A DNA stretch of 64,000 nt from Fervidobacterium sp. (GCA_049970055.1 JBMFNR010000003.1:96001-160000); one strand, 5' to 3'; shown: positions 41,815 through 52,004, counted from the stretch's first letter. Notes: generated from the sequence alone by a model not told the origin. Made by a program: numbers and translations.

Positions 41815-42651
41815 TTACAATCTCTTAACTACTTCTGCTAAAACTTTGGCAATCATCTGCCCAGTTTTGTGTGCGACTTCCAATACTTCTTCTGCAGTAA
41901 GTGGTTTTAGATCGTCCGGAACGGCTCTGTCTGTAATAGCTGAAATCGCAAGTACTTTCGTACCACCATGGACAGCAGCTATGACCTCAGGTACAGTTGA
42001 CATTCCAACGGCATCTGCTCCCATCCATCTTAACATTCTAAGTTCAGCAGGGGTTTCAAAGTTTGGACCTGCAACGGCAACGTAGACTCCTTCGTACATA
42101 TGGATATTTAGCTGTGCGGCAACTTGTTTTGCGAGCTCTCTTAGCGATTTATCGTATGCATTTGACATATCTGGGAACCTTGGTCCCCATTTATCTACAT
42201 TTGGTCCTATAAGCGGATTGTCCCCCATCATATTTATGTGGTCTGAAATAATCATAGGTCTTCCAACCTCAAAATCCGGGTTCAAGCCACCCGCAGCGTT
42301 GGTTAGAAAAAGATACTTGACCCCAAGCTGTTGCATTACTCTTACACCAAATGTTACGTCTCGCATATGATAGCCTTCATAGTAATGGAATCTTCCGTTC
42401 ATTAGAACAACATTTTTGCTATTCAACTTTCCGAAGATAAGTTCGCCTTTGTGGCCAGGAGCCGTTGAAACTGGAAACTCCGGAATGTCTTTGTAGGCTA
42501 TTCTTATCGGTTGTTCAACGCTATCAGCTATACCGTGCAACCCAGAACCAAGAACAATACACACTTCTGGGAGATCTGAAATCTTTCCTTTGATAAAATC
42601 CGATGCTTTTCTGACTCTCTCCACATAGTTTTCAATATCACTGTGTTCCAT
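41815..42651 (-). CDS. punA: Purine nucleoside phosphorylase (trimeric PunA/XapA class)
   Basis: [33 protein letters not shown] and VGMSTVPE. Confidence 0.9.
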   Translation of the reverse strand: MEHSDIENYVERVRKASDFIKGKISDLPEVCIVLGSGLHGIADSVEQPIRIAYKDIPEFPVSTAPGHKGELIFGKLNSKNVVLMNGRFHYYEGYHMRDVTFGVRVMQQLGVKYLFLTNAAGGLNPDFEVGRPMIISDHINMMGDNPLIGPNVDKWGPRFPDMSNAYDKSLRELAKQVAAQLNIHMYEGVYVAVAGPNFETPAELRMLRWMGADAVGMSTVPEVIAAVHGGTKVLAISAITDRAVPDDLKPLTAEEVLEVAHKTGQMIAKVLAEVVKRL

Positions 42652-42685
42652 AATCTTACCTCCTTTATTGTTTGGTAAATTTCGG

Positions 42686-43456
42686 TTATATTATATATCT
42701 TATGTACCTTCTTAAGAATACACTTACAAATATCGTTCCAATCAAAAGTAACGTAGAGATAGCATTTATGACGGGAGAAATACCAAATCGGACCATGGAA
42801 AATATTTGCAATGGCAGCGTTGTTGAACCTGGGCCTGCTACAAAGAACGTAATTACAAAATCATCGATTGATAGCGTAAAAGCCATAAAAAATGCAGCCA
42901 CTATTCCCGGAAATGCGATTGGTACGATTACTTTTCTTAATGCAGTAAAACGTGTTGCTCCCAAATCATAAGAAGCTTCTATTATACTTTTATCAAAATT
43001 CTCAAGTCTTGTCAAAATTATCATCATTGTGTAAGGTATGGAAAAGGTTACATGGGATATGAAAATTGTGAATAAACTGAGTTTGATTTTTATTGACGTA
43101 AAGAACACAAGTAATGAAACTCCAATAATAATGTCCGGAATAATGAACGGTATATAGGTTGTGGTCCAGAGAATCTTTCTGAAAGGTTTTGAACCAAGAT
43201 ACATTGATATCGCTCCAAATGTACCAATCATTACCGAAACTGTGCTTGCTGAAACACCAACAATCAGGGAATTTAGAAATGTTTTCCATATATGTGCGGA
43301 TGACGTAAAAAGTTGAAAGTACCATTTAAAACTGAAACCAGTCCATTGGGGAGATTTTGAGGAATTAAACGAAAATATCACCAAAACAATTATTGGTAAA
43401 TAAAAGAATACCAATGTAATTATCAAGATGAATTTTGAGAAATTACCTGGCTTCAC
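42686..43456 (-). CDS. potC: Spermidine/putrescine ABC permease PotC
   Basis: FFYLPI..L..FSFN, IEASYDLGA, FTLSIDDF and TTLP. Confidence 0.85.
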   Translation of the reverse strand: MKPGNFSKFILIITLVFFYLPIIVLVIFSFNSSKSPQWTGFSFKWYFQLFTSSAHIWKTFLNSLIVGVSASTVSVMIGTFGAISMYLGSKPFRKILWTTTYIPFIIPDIIIGVSLLVFFTSIKIKLSLFTIFISHVTFSIPYTMMIILTRLENFDKSIIEASYDLGATRFTALRKVIVPIAFPGIVAAFFMAFTLSIDDFVITFFVAGPGSTTLPLQIFSMVRFGISPVINAISTLLLIGTIFVSVFLRRYIRYII

Positions 43457-44285
43457 GCTTTCCGCCCCCGTATATGAATAAAATAACAGCTACTATAGTC
43501 ATTATTAGAAGGACTGAGGAAATTGCTGCAGCTGCAGGCCAGTTTTTTGCAGTTGTTAATTGTCTTGCTATTTCATTACCTATCAATCGTGAGTTTTTAC
43601 CTCCAACGAGCTCCGGTACAGCATATGTTCCAAGCGAAGGAATAAAAACAAAAACAAACGACGATATTATACCTTGTTTAATGTTCGGCAGTAGAACTTT
43701 GAAAAACACTTGCCTTTTTGTACATCCCAAGTCCATCGCCGCTTCAAATATCTGCTTTTCGAGTCTTTCTATTGAAGAGTACAAAGGCAATATTGCAAAT
43801 GGTAGGTAAGTGTAGACAAGCACCAGAATTACCGCAAAGTTGTTGTACATGAACTTAATGGGCTCTGTTATATAACCAAGGTTTAACAGTGTTTGATTTA
43901 TCAACCCATTGTTTCCGAGAATAAAGATCCATGCATAGATCCTTATCAACGAATTAGTCCAGAAAGGTATTATAACAAGTAATAACCAAAAATTCTTCAG
44001 TTTGCTGTAAGCGATAGAATATGCAACGGGTATTGCTATCAGTATGGAGATCGTAGATGATATAAAAGAAACAACGGCAGTCCTCAAAAAGACTGTTAAA
44101 TAATTGATATTAAGTATATCTTTGTAACCTTGTAAAGAAAATTTGAATATTACGCCTCCCTGAAAATCCCTTGTAAAAAAACTGAAAGCGAGAATTACGA
44201 GAACAGGAATAAGAAAGAAAAGTAAAAGCCATCCAAGATAAAAGTATCCGTAAAGCTCAAAACTTTTTAAAATCTTTGACTTCAA
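43443..44285 (-). CDS. potB: Spermidine/putrescine ABC permease PotB
   Basis: IPFWTNSLIRIYAW, YLPFAILPLY, EAAMDLG and NWP.AAA. Confidence 0.87.
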   Translation of the reverse strand: MKSKILKSFELYGYFYLGWLLLFFLIPVLVILAFSFFTRDFQGGVIFKFSLQGYKDILNINYLTVFLRTAVVSFISSTISILIAIPVAYSIAYSKLKNFWLLLVIIPFWTNSLIRIYAWIFILGNNGLINQTLLNLGYITEPIKFMYNNFAVILVLVYTYLPFAILPLYSSIERLEKQIFEAAMDLGCTKRQVFFKVLLPNIKQGIISSFVFVFIPSLGTYAVPELVGGKNSRLIGNEIARQLTTAKNWPAAAAISSVLLIMTIVAVILFIYGGGKREAR

Positions 44286-45406
44286 TCTCTTTCTACCTCC
44301 ACAATGAAACTGTCGTCGGGATTCCAGTACAAAAATACTTTATCTTTCCATTGAATAATTTTTTCATCTAAAAGGTAACTCACATGTTGCTTATAAACTC
44401 TTAATATGTAACCATTATCAGTCTTAACAAAGTATTTTGTTTGATACCCCATGTATATGGTTTCATCAACGATACCATGTACTACGTTAGCTGGTAGCGT
44501 TTCTGATAGTTGAGGTTTGGTATGCGTGATCCTTATTTTCTCGGGCCTAAGGGTTACAAGCACATCATCATTTTCCCTAACAGGCTTATCTTTGTAGCAA
44601 ACAATTTCACCGAGTGATGGAAATTCTATTAGGACATAATTTTCTGAAAGTTCTTTTTTAACAGTGCCTTTCATAAGGTTACTTTCACCGATAAACGTAG
44701 CAACGAATGAGTTTGCAGGGCTCTCATAAACTTCATATGGTGTCCCATATTGAACGATTACACCATTGTTCATAACTGCAACATGGTCTGAAACACTGAT
44801 AGCTTCTGACTGGTCATGAGTCACGTAAATGAAGGTTATCCCAACCTTATCGTGAAGATTGTCAAGTTCAATCAAGAGCTCCTGTCTTAATTTAGCATCT
44901 AACGCACTTACTGGTTCGTCAAGTAGGAGCACTTTTGGCCCGTTTGCAAGGGCTCGGGCAAGTGATACTCTTTGCTTTTGTCCACCGGACAGTTGTGAAG
45001 GTTTCTTTCGTGCATGTTCTTCGAGTCTAACCAAATTCAATAACCATTCCACTTTTTCTTTTATTTCGTGCTCGCTCAATTTTTTAAGTCTCAGCGGAAA
45101 AGCAATATTTTCATATACCGTAAGGTGTGGGAAAAGCGCATAATTTTGGAATATGGTATTCACTGGTCTCAAATTTGGTGGAAGCATGAGAATACTTTTA
45201 CCGTCGAGAAGTACATCTCCATCATCGACCTCTTCAAGACCTGCGATTATCCGCAAAAGTGTAGTTTTACCACATCCAGATGGGCCAAGAAGTGAAAAAA
45301 ATTCGTTCTCTTTGATTTCCAAATTAACATTTTTTAATACGTGGAAATCATCATAATACTTGTCAACATTTACTATGCTTACACTACTTCCAGGCAATTC
45401 TTTCAC
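44282..45406 (-). CDS. potA: Spermidine/putrescine ABC ATP-binding protein PotA
   Basis: GPSGCGKTT, FQNYALFPH, LSGGQKQR and VTHDQSEA, with a TOBE-like C-terminus. Confidence 0.88.
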   Translation of the reverse strand: MKELPGSSVSIVNVDKYYDDFHVLKNVNLEIKENEFFSLLGPSGCGKTTLLRIIAGLEEVDDGDVLLDGKSILMLPPNLRPVNTIFQNYALFPHLTVYENIAFPLRLKKLSEHEIKEKVEWLLNLVRLEEHARKKPSQLSGGQKQRVSLARALANGPKVLLLDEPVSALDAKLRQELLIELDNLHDKVGITFIYVTHDQSEAISVSDHVAVMNNGVIVQYGTPYEVYESPANSFVATFIGESNLMKGTVKKELSENYVLIEFPSLGEIVCYKDKPVRENDDVLVTLRPEKIRITHTKPQLSETLPANVVHGIVDETIYMGYQTKYFVKTDNGYILRVYKQHVSYLLDEKIIQWKDKVFLYWNPDDSFIVEVERD

Positions 45407-45448
45407 TCCCTAGTATTTTTTTGCACACGCAATGTTCTTAAAACGCTC

Positions 45449-45673
45449 TTACAATCCAAACATGTAAAGTAAAGCCAGAAAGAATACTACAATCAAAGTC
45501 ATAGAAATAGTCAGAAAAACATAAGAAAGTGAAAATGAAGCAAATATGTGGAATACCAAAGTGAAAGTGAAAAATATATTTGCATATCTCATCTTCAAAG
45601 GTAATATTTTCACACCAATGTAAACTAAAAAAAGAAATCCAATAGTTATGAGCAAAATCTTCAAATGAAACAC
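45449..45673 (-). CDS. Small hydrophobic membrane protein
   Basis: Very hydrophobic ORF filling the gap in the operon. A GGGGGTG RBS favours a TTG start at 45664. Confidence 0.55.
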   Translation of the reverse strand: MFHLKILLITIGFLFLVYIGVKILPLKMRYANIFFTFTLVFHIFASFSLSYVFLTISMTLIVVFFLALLYMFGL

Positions 45674-45695
45674 CCCCGGTAATTTGTAAAATTTT

Positions 45696-46304
45696 TTATA
45701 AATGGAACGTATAATTCAGAAATTTCACTCGGATCCTCCCATTTGTTATTTCTAAACCAGATATAGAAGCATTATCTAACGAAAAGTTTAAGTGATTAGG
45801 TGGATAAAGATTCAATACCTTGATGATAAGCATTCTCAAAGTAATTGCGTGCGAAACGATTATAACATTTTTGCCTGCATTTTGAACAAGTTTTTCCTGT
45901 AGAAATTCAAACACCCTATTTTGAACACTTCCAAGAGATTCTACACCCTGTATGTTTGAATACAATGTTGTTTGCCATATTTTAAATTCTTCACTATATT
46001 TGTTTGTAATTTCATCAATTGTCTTACCATTCCATAGCACTACTTCACATTCTCTTAATCGAGGATCTAAGTAAATCTTCTCATCATCGTAACCAAAAGT
46101 GGAAGCTATTAATTTAGCAGTTTGAAATGCTCTTTTCATAGGACTGGAATAGATTATATCTACCGAAATGTTTTGTGATTTGAAAAACTTACCTATCTTT
46201 GTTGCTTGTTCGATACCTTTACTGGAGAGTTCAGTATCAACAACACCTTGCCAAAGCTGCATTTCGTTCCATGATGTCATACCATGCCTAACGAGATATA
46301 TCAC
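45696..46304 (-). CDS. Histidine phosphatase family protein
   Basis: LVRHG.T.WN, SSPMKRA.QTA, LRE, VSH and NASIS. Confidence 0.9.
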   Translation of the reverse strand: MIYLVRHGMTSWNEMQLWQGVVDTELSSKGIEQATKIGKFFKSQNISVDIIYSSPMKRAFQTAKLIASTFGYDDEKIYLDPRLRECEVVLWNGKTIDEITNKYSEEFKIWQTTLYSNIQGVESLGSVQNRVFEFLQEKLVQNAGKNVIIVSHAITLRMLIIKVLNLYPPNHLNFSLDNASISGLEITNGRIRVKFLNYTFHL

Positions 46305-47226
46305 GATGTACTACCCCTTTACCAGCCAAAATATCGAAAAATTCCTCAAATTCTCTTGTAAGTTCATCAATACTTTTGATTCTCACTGCCTTTTCTCTGA
46401 ATTCACGCGCACCTGGCAAGTTTTTTGTGTAACCAGCTACAAATTTTCTAAAAACCACAGCACCATAGTTTTTGTACTCATCGTAAAGATAGTTTAAGTG
46501 TCTTTTTATAACCTTCATTCTTTCTTCGTAACTTGGATTCTCCACATCGCTAAATATCCATGGGTTCCCTATGCTTCCCCTCGCTATTATTGCTCCTTTT
46601 GCCCCACTTTCCTCAATGGCATTGTGCACATCGATTTTCGTGTATAAATCACCACTGATATATAAAGGGACAAGCTGTGGGTTATATATCTTCCATTTTG
46701 CCTTACCGGAATACATTTGTTTCGCAGTCCTACCATGTACAAAAATAGCGTCTACCCTTTCCTCTACTAGGATATTGTATATTTTCTCAAAGTCATCATT
46801 TTCCCATCCAAGGCGCGTCTTTACTGTAAAATGCTTCAGTACATTCCTCATTGCTCTAACAATTCGTCTAAATTTACTTAAATCTCTTAGTAACCCACTA
46901 CCGGCACCTTTTTTTACAACTTTGTTAACTGGACACCCAGCATTCAAATCAACCCACAAACCTTTTTCCTGAACAATTGCGGCTGCTTCCGCCAGTTCCG
47001 CGGGGTCTGAGCCAAACAATTGGATACCTACTCTATTTCTCTCTTCTTCTTTTGGAAAATAGTGGTTATTAATTTCAATGTTCAAAAGAATACTTTTAGC
47101 ACTTATCATCTCAGTGAAGGCAAATTGAGCTCCGCTTTCAAAACAAATCTTCCTAAACGAACAATCTGTAATACCAGCCATTGGTGCTAAACCAATCTTA
47201 CCTGGAAAGAAGGTATTAGTATCCAT
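46288..47226 (-). CDS. dusB: tRNA-dihydrouridine synthase (DusB family)
   Basis: LAPMAGITD, QLFGSDP, DLNAGCP, HGRT and RG..GNPWIF. ATG at 47226 after GGAGGG. Confidence 0.87.
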   Translation of the reverse strand: MDTNTFFPGKIGLAPMAGITDCSFRKICFESGAQFAFTEMISAKSILLNIEINNHYFPKEEERNRVGIQLFGSDPAELAEAAAIVQEKGLWVDLNAGCPVNKVVKKGAGSGLLRDLSKFRRIVRAMRNVLKHFTVKTRLGWENDDFEKIYNILVEERVDAIFVHGRTAKQMYSGKAKWKIYNPQLVPLYISGDLYTKIDVHNAIEESGAKGAIIARGSIGNPWIFSDVENPSYEERMKVIKRHLNYLYDEYKNYGAVVFRKFVAGYTKNLPGAREFREKAVRIKSIDELTREFEEFFDILAGKGVVHRDISR

Positions 47227-47230
47227 TTTG

Positions 47231-47848
47231 TTACCCTCCAAACTTACTATAGACATTCACAACATCGTTGGTTATTGAATCATCAACAAGACCAATTACA
47301 TTTTTGCCCGTCTTAATTCTCTCTCGTATCTCAGATGATGAAACTTCAACAATGGGAAAGTTCGTTAATTCTAGTACATTTGAGTAAAGTCTTCCTAGTA
47401 CCTTTCTTCCTCTTTCATACAGACTTCCGTCTTTTGTTCTCGGATAAATAGCGAACGTTGTTGTACTTAGCAACTGTTCATACATATACCATTTCTCAAT
47501 GTTACCAAGTGCATCTTCGCCGACCAAGATTATCACATTACTGTAATAATTTCTTATGTATTCCACATTTTTTATCGCATAGTTAATTCCCTTGATGTGT
47601 TTTTCGAGGTCCCAGATAAAAATAGGATTTTTTTGATAATCTCTAAATTTGTCGAAGCTTTTGACGACCCATTCAAAACGTTTTTCAAACGAGACATCTA
47701 CACTTTTATGTGGTGGTGTTTTTGTTGGTAAAACATAAAAGTCCGCATTAAAGTAATCAAGAGCATATGAGAACACTACAATATGCCCAACATGTGGTGG
47801 GTTGAACGATCCTCCAAAGATCACGCAAGAACTATTCTTTGAATACAA
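47231..47848 (-). CDS. nadD: Nicotinate-nucleotide adenylyltransferase
   Basis: FGGSFNPPHVGH, PPHK, VGED and VSSSEIR. Probable TTG start at 47848 after AAGGAG (ORF track starts at 47890). Confidence 0.87.
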   Translation of the reverse strand: MYSKNSSCVIFGGSFNPPHVGHIVVFSYALDYFNADFYVLPTKTPPHKSVDVSFEKRFEWVVKSFDKFRDYQKNPIFIWDLEKHIKGINYAIKNVEYIRNYYSNVIILVGEDALGNIEKWYMYEQLLSTTTFAIYPRTKDGSLYERGRKVLGRLYSNVLELTNFPIVEVSSSEIRERIKTGKNVIGLVDDSITNDVVNVYSKFGG

Positions 47849-49151
47849 ATTCAGCTCCTTCAACCCAAACAGTATCTCCATCTTTTGCACCAGCTTTCTT
47901 CAATTTATCATCTAACCCGTTTTTTTGGAGAATTTCAAGTATATCTTCAAGCATGAATTTTGCATCCATTTTATACTTATTCAAATACTGGCTTATATAT
48001 GTACTCTCCACCACAAAATCTCCTTTATCATTTCTTTTTATGCTGATATCTACTTTTGCAGGTAATGTTAACCTCACTGGTGCTGGTCTTTCAAACTGTA
48101 TCTTTGAAATATCAATTGTTCCACCATACTTTTTTTTGCTTTCCTTTACAAGATTCCACATTGACAACTTTAACTCATCTAATCCCCAACCTGTTATTGC
48201 CGAAACAGGAAGTACATTTTTCCCAGTTTCTCTTAAAAATCTCTCCATCGTATTTTTTAGATTGTCTTCGTCTAACAAATCCATTTTGTTCCCAATGACT
48301 ATTTCTTGCTTTACGGCTAGGTCTTTACTGAAGAATTCTAATTCTTTTCGTATATCGAGGTAATCTTGTATGGGATCTCTATTCTCACTACCAGCAATAT
48401 CTAAAACATGAACGATCACACTACATCTCTCTACATGTTTCAAAAACACATTACCAAGGCCCTTGCCTTCGCTTGCACCTTTAATCAATCCTGGTATGTC
48501 AGCAACTACAAAAGATGTTTCTGGTGTTCCATCTATCGAAACAACACCTAAGTTTGGAATGAGCGTTGTAAAATGGTAATTTGCAACTTTCGGCCTTGCA
48601 TTACTTATTCGTGATATAATAGAGCTCTTTCCAACGTTAGGATAACCGACTAATCCAACGTCCGCAAGTAATTTTAACTCTAAAAGTAGATGTTTTTCTT
48701 CACCTTTTGCACCCTGCTCTGCAAATTTTGGTGCTTGATTTGTTGAGGATTTAAAGTGTGTATTCCCCCTTCCTCCCTTTCCACCTCGTGCCACGCAGCA
48801 ATACTTTCCAGGTTCATCAAGATCGGCGATGATTTCTCCGGCCTCGTAATCCTTAACGATAGTTCCGACTGGAACTCTAATTACCAGATCTTCTCCATCT
48901 TTGCCGTTTTGTTTCTTACTTCTACCATTTTGGGCATTTTGTGCAACGTAACGTTTTTTTTCCGTAAGGTGATACAAAGTGGAAAGAGTAGGATCGGCTA
49001 TCAGAAAAACGTAACCACCATTTCCTCCATCGCCACCATCTGGTCCTCCAAATGGTATGTATTTCTCCCTTCTAAAAGTAACTGCACCATTTCCACCATC
49101 ACCGGCTTTAACGTAAATATCCACAACATCTATGAATTCAATCAGTTCCAT
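47832..49151 (-). CDS. obg: GTPase ObgE/CgtA
   Basis: AGDGGNG..FRREKY.P.GGPDGGDGG, GYPNVGKSS, FTTLIPNLG, DIPGLI, NKMD and the OCT C-terminus. Confidence 0.96.
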   Translation of the reverse strand: MELIEFIDVVDIYVKAGDGGNGAVTFRREKYIPFGGPDGGDGGNGGYVFLIADPTLSTLYHLTEKKRYVAQNAQNGRSKKQNGKDGEDLVIRVPVGTIVKDYEAGEIIADLDEPGKYCCVARGGKGGRGNTHFKSSTNQAPKFAEQGAKGEEKHLLLELKLLADVGLVGYPNVGKSSIISRISNARPKVANYHFTTLIPNLGVVSIDGTPETSFVVADIPGLIKGASEGKGLGNVFLKHVERCSVIVHVLDIAGSENRDPIQDYLDIRKELEFFSKDLAVKQEIVIGNKMDLLDEDNLKNTMERFLRETGKNVLPVSAITGWGLDELKLSMWNLVKESKKKYGGTIDISKIQFERPAPVRLTLPAKVDISIKRNDKGDFVVESTYISQYLNKYKMDAKFMLEDILEILQKNGLDDKLKKAGAKDGDTVWVEGAEFVFKE

Positions 49152-49173
49152 AAGCAAATCACCTCTTTATATT

Positions 49174-49182
49174 ATTATACCA
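49174..49182 (-). promoter_or_regulatory. Extended -10 promoter for the obg operon
   Basis: Minus-strand TGGTATAAT upstream of the GAGGTG RBS. Confidence 0.55.
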
Positions 49183-49187
49183 GAACC

Positions 49188-49220
49188 AAAAATATAGGGA
49201 CCCACATTTTACAGGGTCCC
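49188..49220 (-). terminator. Terminator downstream of the tRNA pair
   Basis: Minus strand GGGACCC-N10-GGGTCCC followed by TATATTTTT. Confidence 0.6.
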
Positions 49221-49268
49221 ACCAGCTTTTCTTACGCTTGAGTAACTTTATTCACTGGATAAGTTCAT

Positions 49269-49344
49269 TGGAGCCAGCGGAGGGACTCGAACCCTCAACC
49301 TGCGCATTACGAATGCGTCGCTCTACCGGTTGAGCTACGCTGGC
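49269..49344 (-). tRNA. tRNA-Thr (anticodon CGU)
   Basis: 76-nt cloverleaf GCCAGCG..TT-CGT-AA..GGTTCGAGTCC..CGCTGGC-T-CCA. Confidence 0.95.
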
Positions 49345-49401
49345 AACATGAAATACCGGCGATCAGATGATAACTGAAGTTAACCGAATATGTAAAAAAA
49401 C

Positions 49402-49477
49402 TGGTGGCGGCGAAGGGACTCGAACCCTTGACACGATGATTATGAATCATCTGCTCTAGCCACTGAGCTACGCCGCC
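49402..49477 (-). tRNA. tRNA-Met (CAU), probably elongator
   Basis: 76-nt cloverleaf with a CAT anticodon. G1:C72 is paired and there is no GGG/CCC anticodon stem, so not the initiator. G4/G5 rather than C4/C5 argues against Ile2. Confidence 0.9.
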
Positions 49478-49495
49478 ACTTTTTACAGCGATCAG

Positions 49496-49524
49496 ATTTT
49501 ATCATATGATTTTTTGCCTGTCAA
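49496..49524 (-). promoter_or_regulatory. Strong sigma-70 promoter of tRNA-Met
   Basis: TTGACA-17 nt-TAAAAT with a TG extension. Confidence 0.8.
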
Positions 49525-49643
49525 GGATAAAATTTTTATAAATTATATTGATTAGTTTCAAAAAGTTTGTGCTATAATTATTAGCTATATCGATGTTTTT
49601 CAAACGTACAACTATGTTAAATGATTCCAAAGGAGGAGAAGGT

Positions 49644-51956
49644 ATGAGAGTTACTTTTTATTATGTCCGGTTTTTCCTGATTGTTTTACTGGTATTGGTA
49701 ACACCTGTGCTGGCTGAGGATCTTAACATATATTACGGTAATTTACATTCACACACATCTTACTCGGATGGCAAGGGGACACCTGAGGAAGCATATGAAT
49801 ACGCAAAAAAGTACGGCGATGTTCTTGCGGTTACTGACCACTGCTATTTTTTAAAGATACCTGTAAATGGGCAACAGAAAACGGTTCTTACGCAGCAAGC
49901 GGCAAGAAAAGCAACTGTACCGGGTAAGTTCGTTGGTTTGCAAGGTTTCGAGTGGACAGCAGGTTCTGGTCATATAAACGTTTATGAAACTGTCGATTTT
50001 ATAAGTCGAGACGAAAAGGGTGGTTTAAAAGACTTTTACGAATGGATTGTAAAAATAAAAAAACTTGCTCAATTTAACCATCCTGGTATGACATTTGGTA
50101 ATTTTCAAGACTTTTTGTTCATGCCAGAAGCTGATAATTATGTGAATTTATTAGAGATTGGTAATGGGAATAGCACAAGCAACGATACGATATCCGAAGA
50201 AATGTACGATAATTTCATCTTGGCACTTAATAGGGGTTGGCATGTCAGTCCAACAGCAAATCAGGATAACCACAAACAAAATTGGATATCTGCAAATGAT
50301 TCTAGGACAGGTATCTTAGCAAAAGCTCTTACATATGACGACATAATGGAAGCTCTTTGGAAAAGAAGGACATTTGCGAGCGAAGACAAAAATGTGAAAC
50401 TCTACGTTTTTGGAAACAATGAAATAATGGGTAGCATACTATATGATGCAACACAACTGACACTAAGAATAAAATACGAAGATCCGAAAGACCCCGTTAA
50501 AAATGTTATTGTAGTTACGCAATCTGGTACAAAACAGATAAACAACGTTTCAGGAAAAGATACATTTGATGTGACAGAAACATTTGACGTTTCTGATGGC
50601 TACGAATGGTACTTTGTTTACATCCTTCAAAATGATGGAGATGAAATCGTTTCTGCGCCTATATGGGTTGAGTCTTCGCAACCTATAAAGGTAAATTATT
50701 TGAGAATCGGTCCAGAAAACCCAAGCATTGGGCAAAAGGTTAACGTTACTTTTGATATCTACAATTCATCAAACAAACACGCTGAAGGAGAATTGCTCAT
50801 TTATTTAAACGGTAAATTTTTAAGTTCTCAAATGGTCAAATTAAAACCTTATGAGATCATTTATAATTATTCACTAACACTTGAAAATCTGGCAGCTGGA
50901 AATTATAGAATGGATTTTTACATCAATGGAACGAATGTGCAGTCAACAAACTTTAATGTGTCTGAGAAAAAAGGCTTGACTGTACTTATCGACAAATTGC
51001 ACGAAAATGATTTGGAAAAGCTAAATGGGCTTTTAGATAGCCTTGAAAAATCCGAGAATACGGTACTTTACTCCGATACTCTACTTGCCAATTATGATGA
51101 CGTTGATGTAATCTTAATTCCAACACCAAATGTCAATGGTATGAGTTTCTTTAAAGATCTTTTACCAGACGAAATTGTATGGCTAAACACATTCAAAGGT
51201 AAGATATATTTAATAGAAGGCAGCGATAAGGAATACTTTGAGAATTACAAGTCGCTTTTGAAAAATGCTTTTGTTGTACAAGCTGACGAACTATACGGTT
51301 TATTGAAAATACCGAAGATTGTACAGAAAAAGCAATTGGAGAAAGTGGTCTATATAGATCAAGGTCACTCAAACGATTACAATAAAGATAAATTAACTTC
51401 ACTTGAAAGATACCTTAAAAGTATCGGTTACGATGTGTCATATGTTGACTCTATTGGACAGTTGAGTGGTACTTATTTAGTGTTAATGAATGGTAGAGGA
51501 TATAGTGAAAACGAGTTAAAAAATATCGCCGAGTTTGTCAAAAATGGTGGTACTTTGATCATTACCTCAAAGAGTGATTATCAAAATGGTGGGAATACTG
51601 AGGATTTAAACGCAATATTAGATTTCTTAAATTCACCAATTAGATTTAATGATGATCAAGTTGTAGACGAAGTTCATAATTATGGTTCAAATTTCAAAGT
51701 AATTGCTAATGGTGTGCGTTTTTACTCATCGTGTTCACTGCTTGTTTATGGTAATGCAGAAATACTTATCTACTCAGATACAGCAAAAAGTATAGATACA
51801 GATGGTAAAGATGATGCGCAAGCAACGGACAAAGTTGTTCTTGCTGCATCTTTTGATTACGGTTATGGAAAAGTGATTGCGCTTGGAAAAGCAATATTCT
51901 CAGATTACGATTTCAAGAGTAACGAAGAATTCGTAAAAAAGTATCTTTTTAAGTAA
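49644..51956 (+). CDS. Secreted PHP-family (CehA/McbA-like) metallohydrolase with Ig/CARDB-like and GATase-like C-terminal domains
   Basis: Signal peptide ending VLA-E; GNLHSHTSYSDG, AVTDH, GFEW..GHIN, FNHP and NQDNH motifs; IDQGHSN domain. ATG at 49644 after AGGAGG; TGCTATAAT at 49570-78. Confidence 0.78.
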   Translation: MRVTFYYVRFFLIVLLVLVTPVLAEDLNIYYGNLHSHTSYSDGKGTPEEAYEYAKKYGDVLAVTDHCYFLKIPVNGQQKTVLTQQAARKATVPGKFVGLQGFEWTAGSGHINVYETVDFISRDEKGGLKDFYEWIVKIKKLAQFNHPGMTFGNFQDFLFMPEADNYVNLLEIGNGNSTSNDTISEEMYDNFILALNRGWHVSPTANQDNHKQNWISANDSRTGILAKALTYDDIMEALWKRRTFASEDKNVKLYVFGNNEIMGSILYDATQLTLRIKYEDPKDPVKNVIVVTQSGTKQINNVSGKDTFDVTETFDVSDGYEWYFVYILQNDGDEIVSAPIWVESSQPIKVNYLRIGPENPSIGQKVNVTFDIYNSSNKHAEGELLIYLNGKFLSSQMVKLKPYEIIYNYSLTLENLAAGNYRMDFYINGTNVQSTNFNVSEKKGLTVLIDKLHENDLEKLNGLLDSLEKSENTVLYSDTLLANYDDVDVILIPTPNVNGMSFFKDLLPDEIVWLNTFKGKIYLIEGSDKEYFENYKSLLKNAFVVQADELYGLLKIPKIVQKKQLEKVVYIDQGHSNDYNKDKLTSLERYLKSIGYDVSYVDSIGQLSGTYLVLMNGRGYSENELKNIAEFVKNGGTLIITSKSDYQNGGNTEDLNAILDFLNSPIRFNDDQVVDEVHNYGSNFKVIANGVRFYSSCSLLVYGNAEILIYSDTAKSIDTDGKDDAQATDKVVLAASFDYGYGKVIALGKAIFSDYDFKSNEEFVKKYLFK

Positions 51957-52004
51957 TAGCGGTCATTGAATATATATATTTTTTATACATATGCATTGTC
52001 ATAT

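Noticed and set aside
49221..49600. tRNA-targeted integrative element
   Set aside because: No integrase, no duplicated tRNA 3' end seen, and core-type genes lie on both sides.
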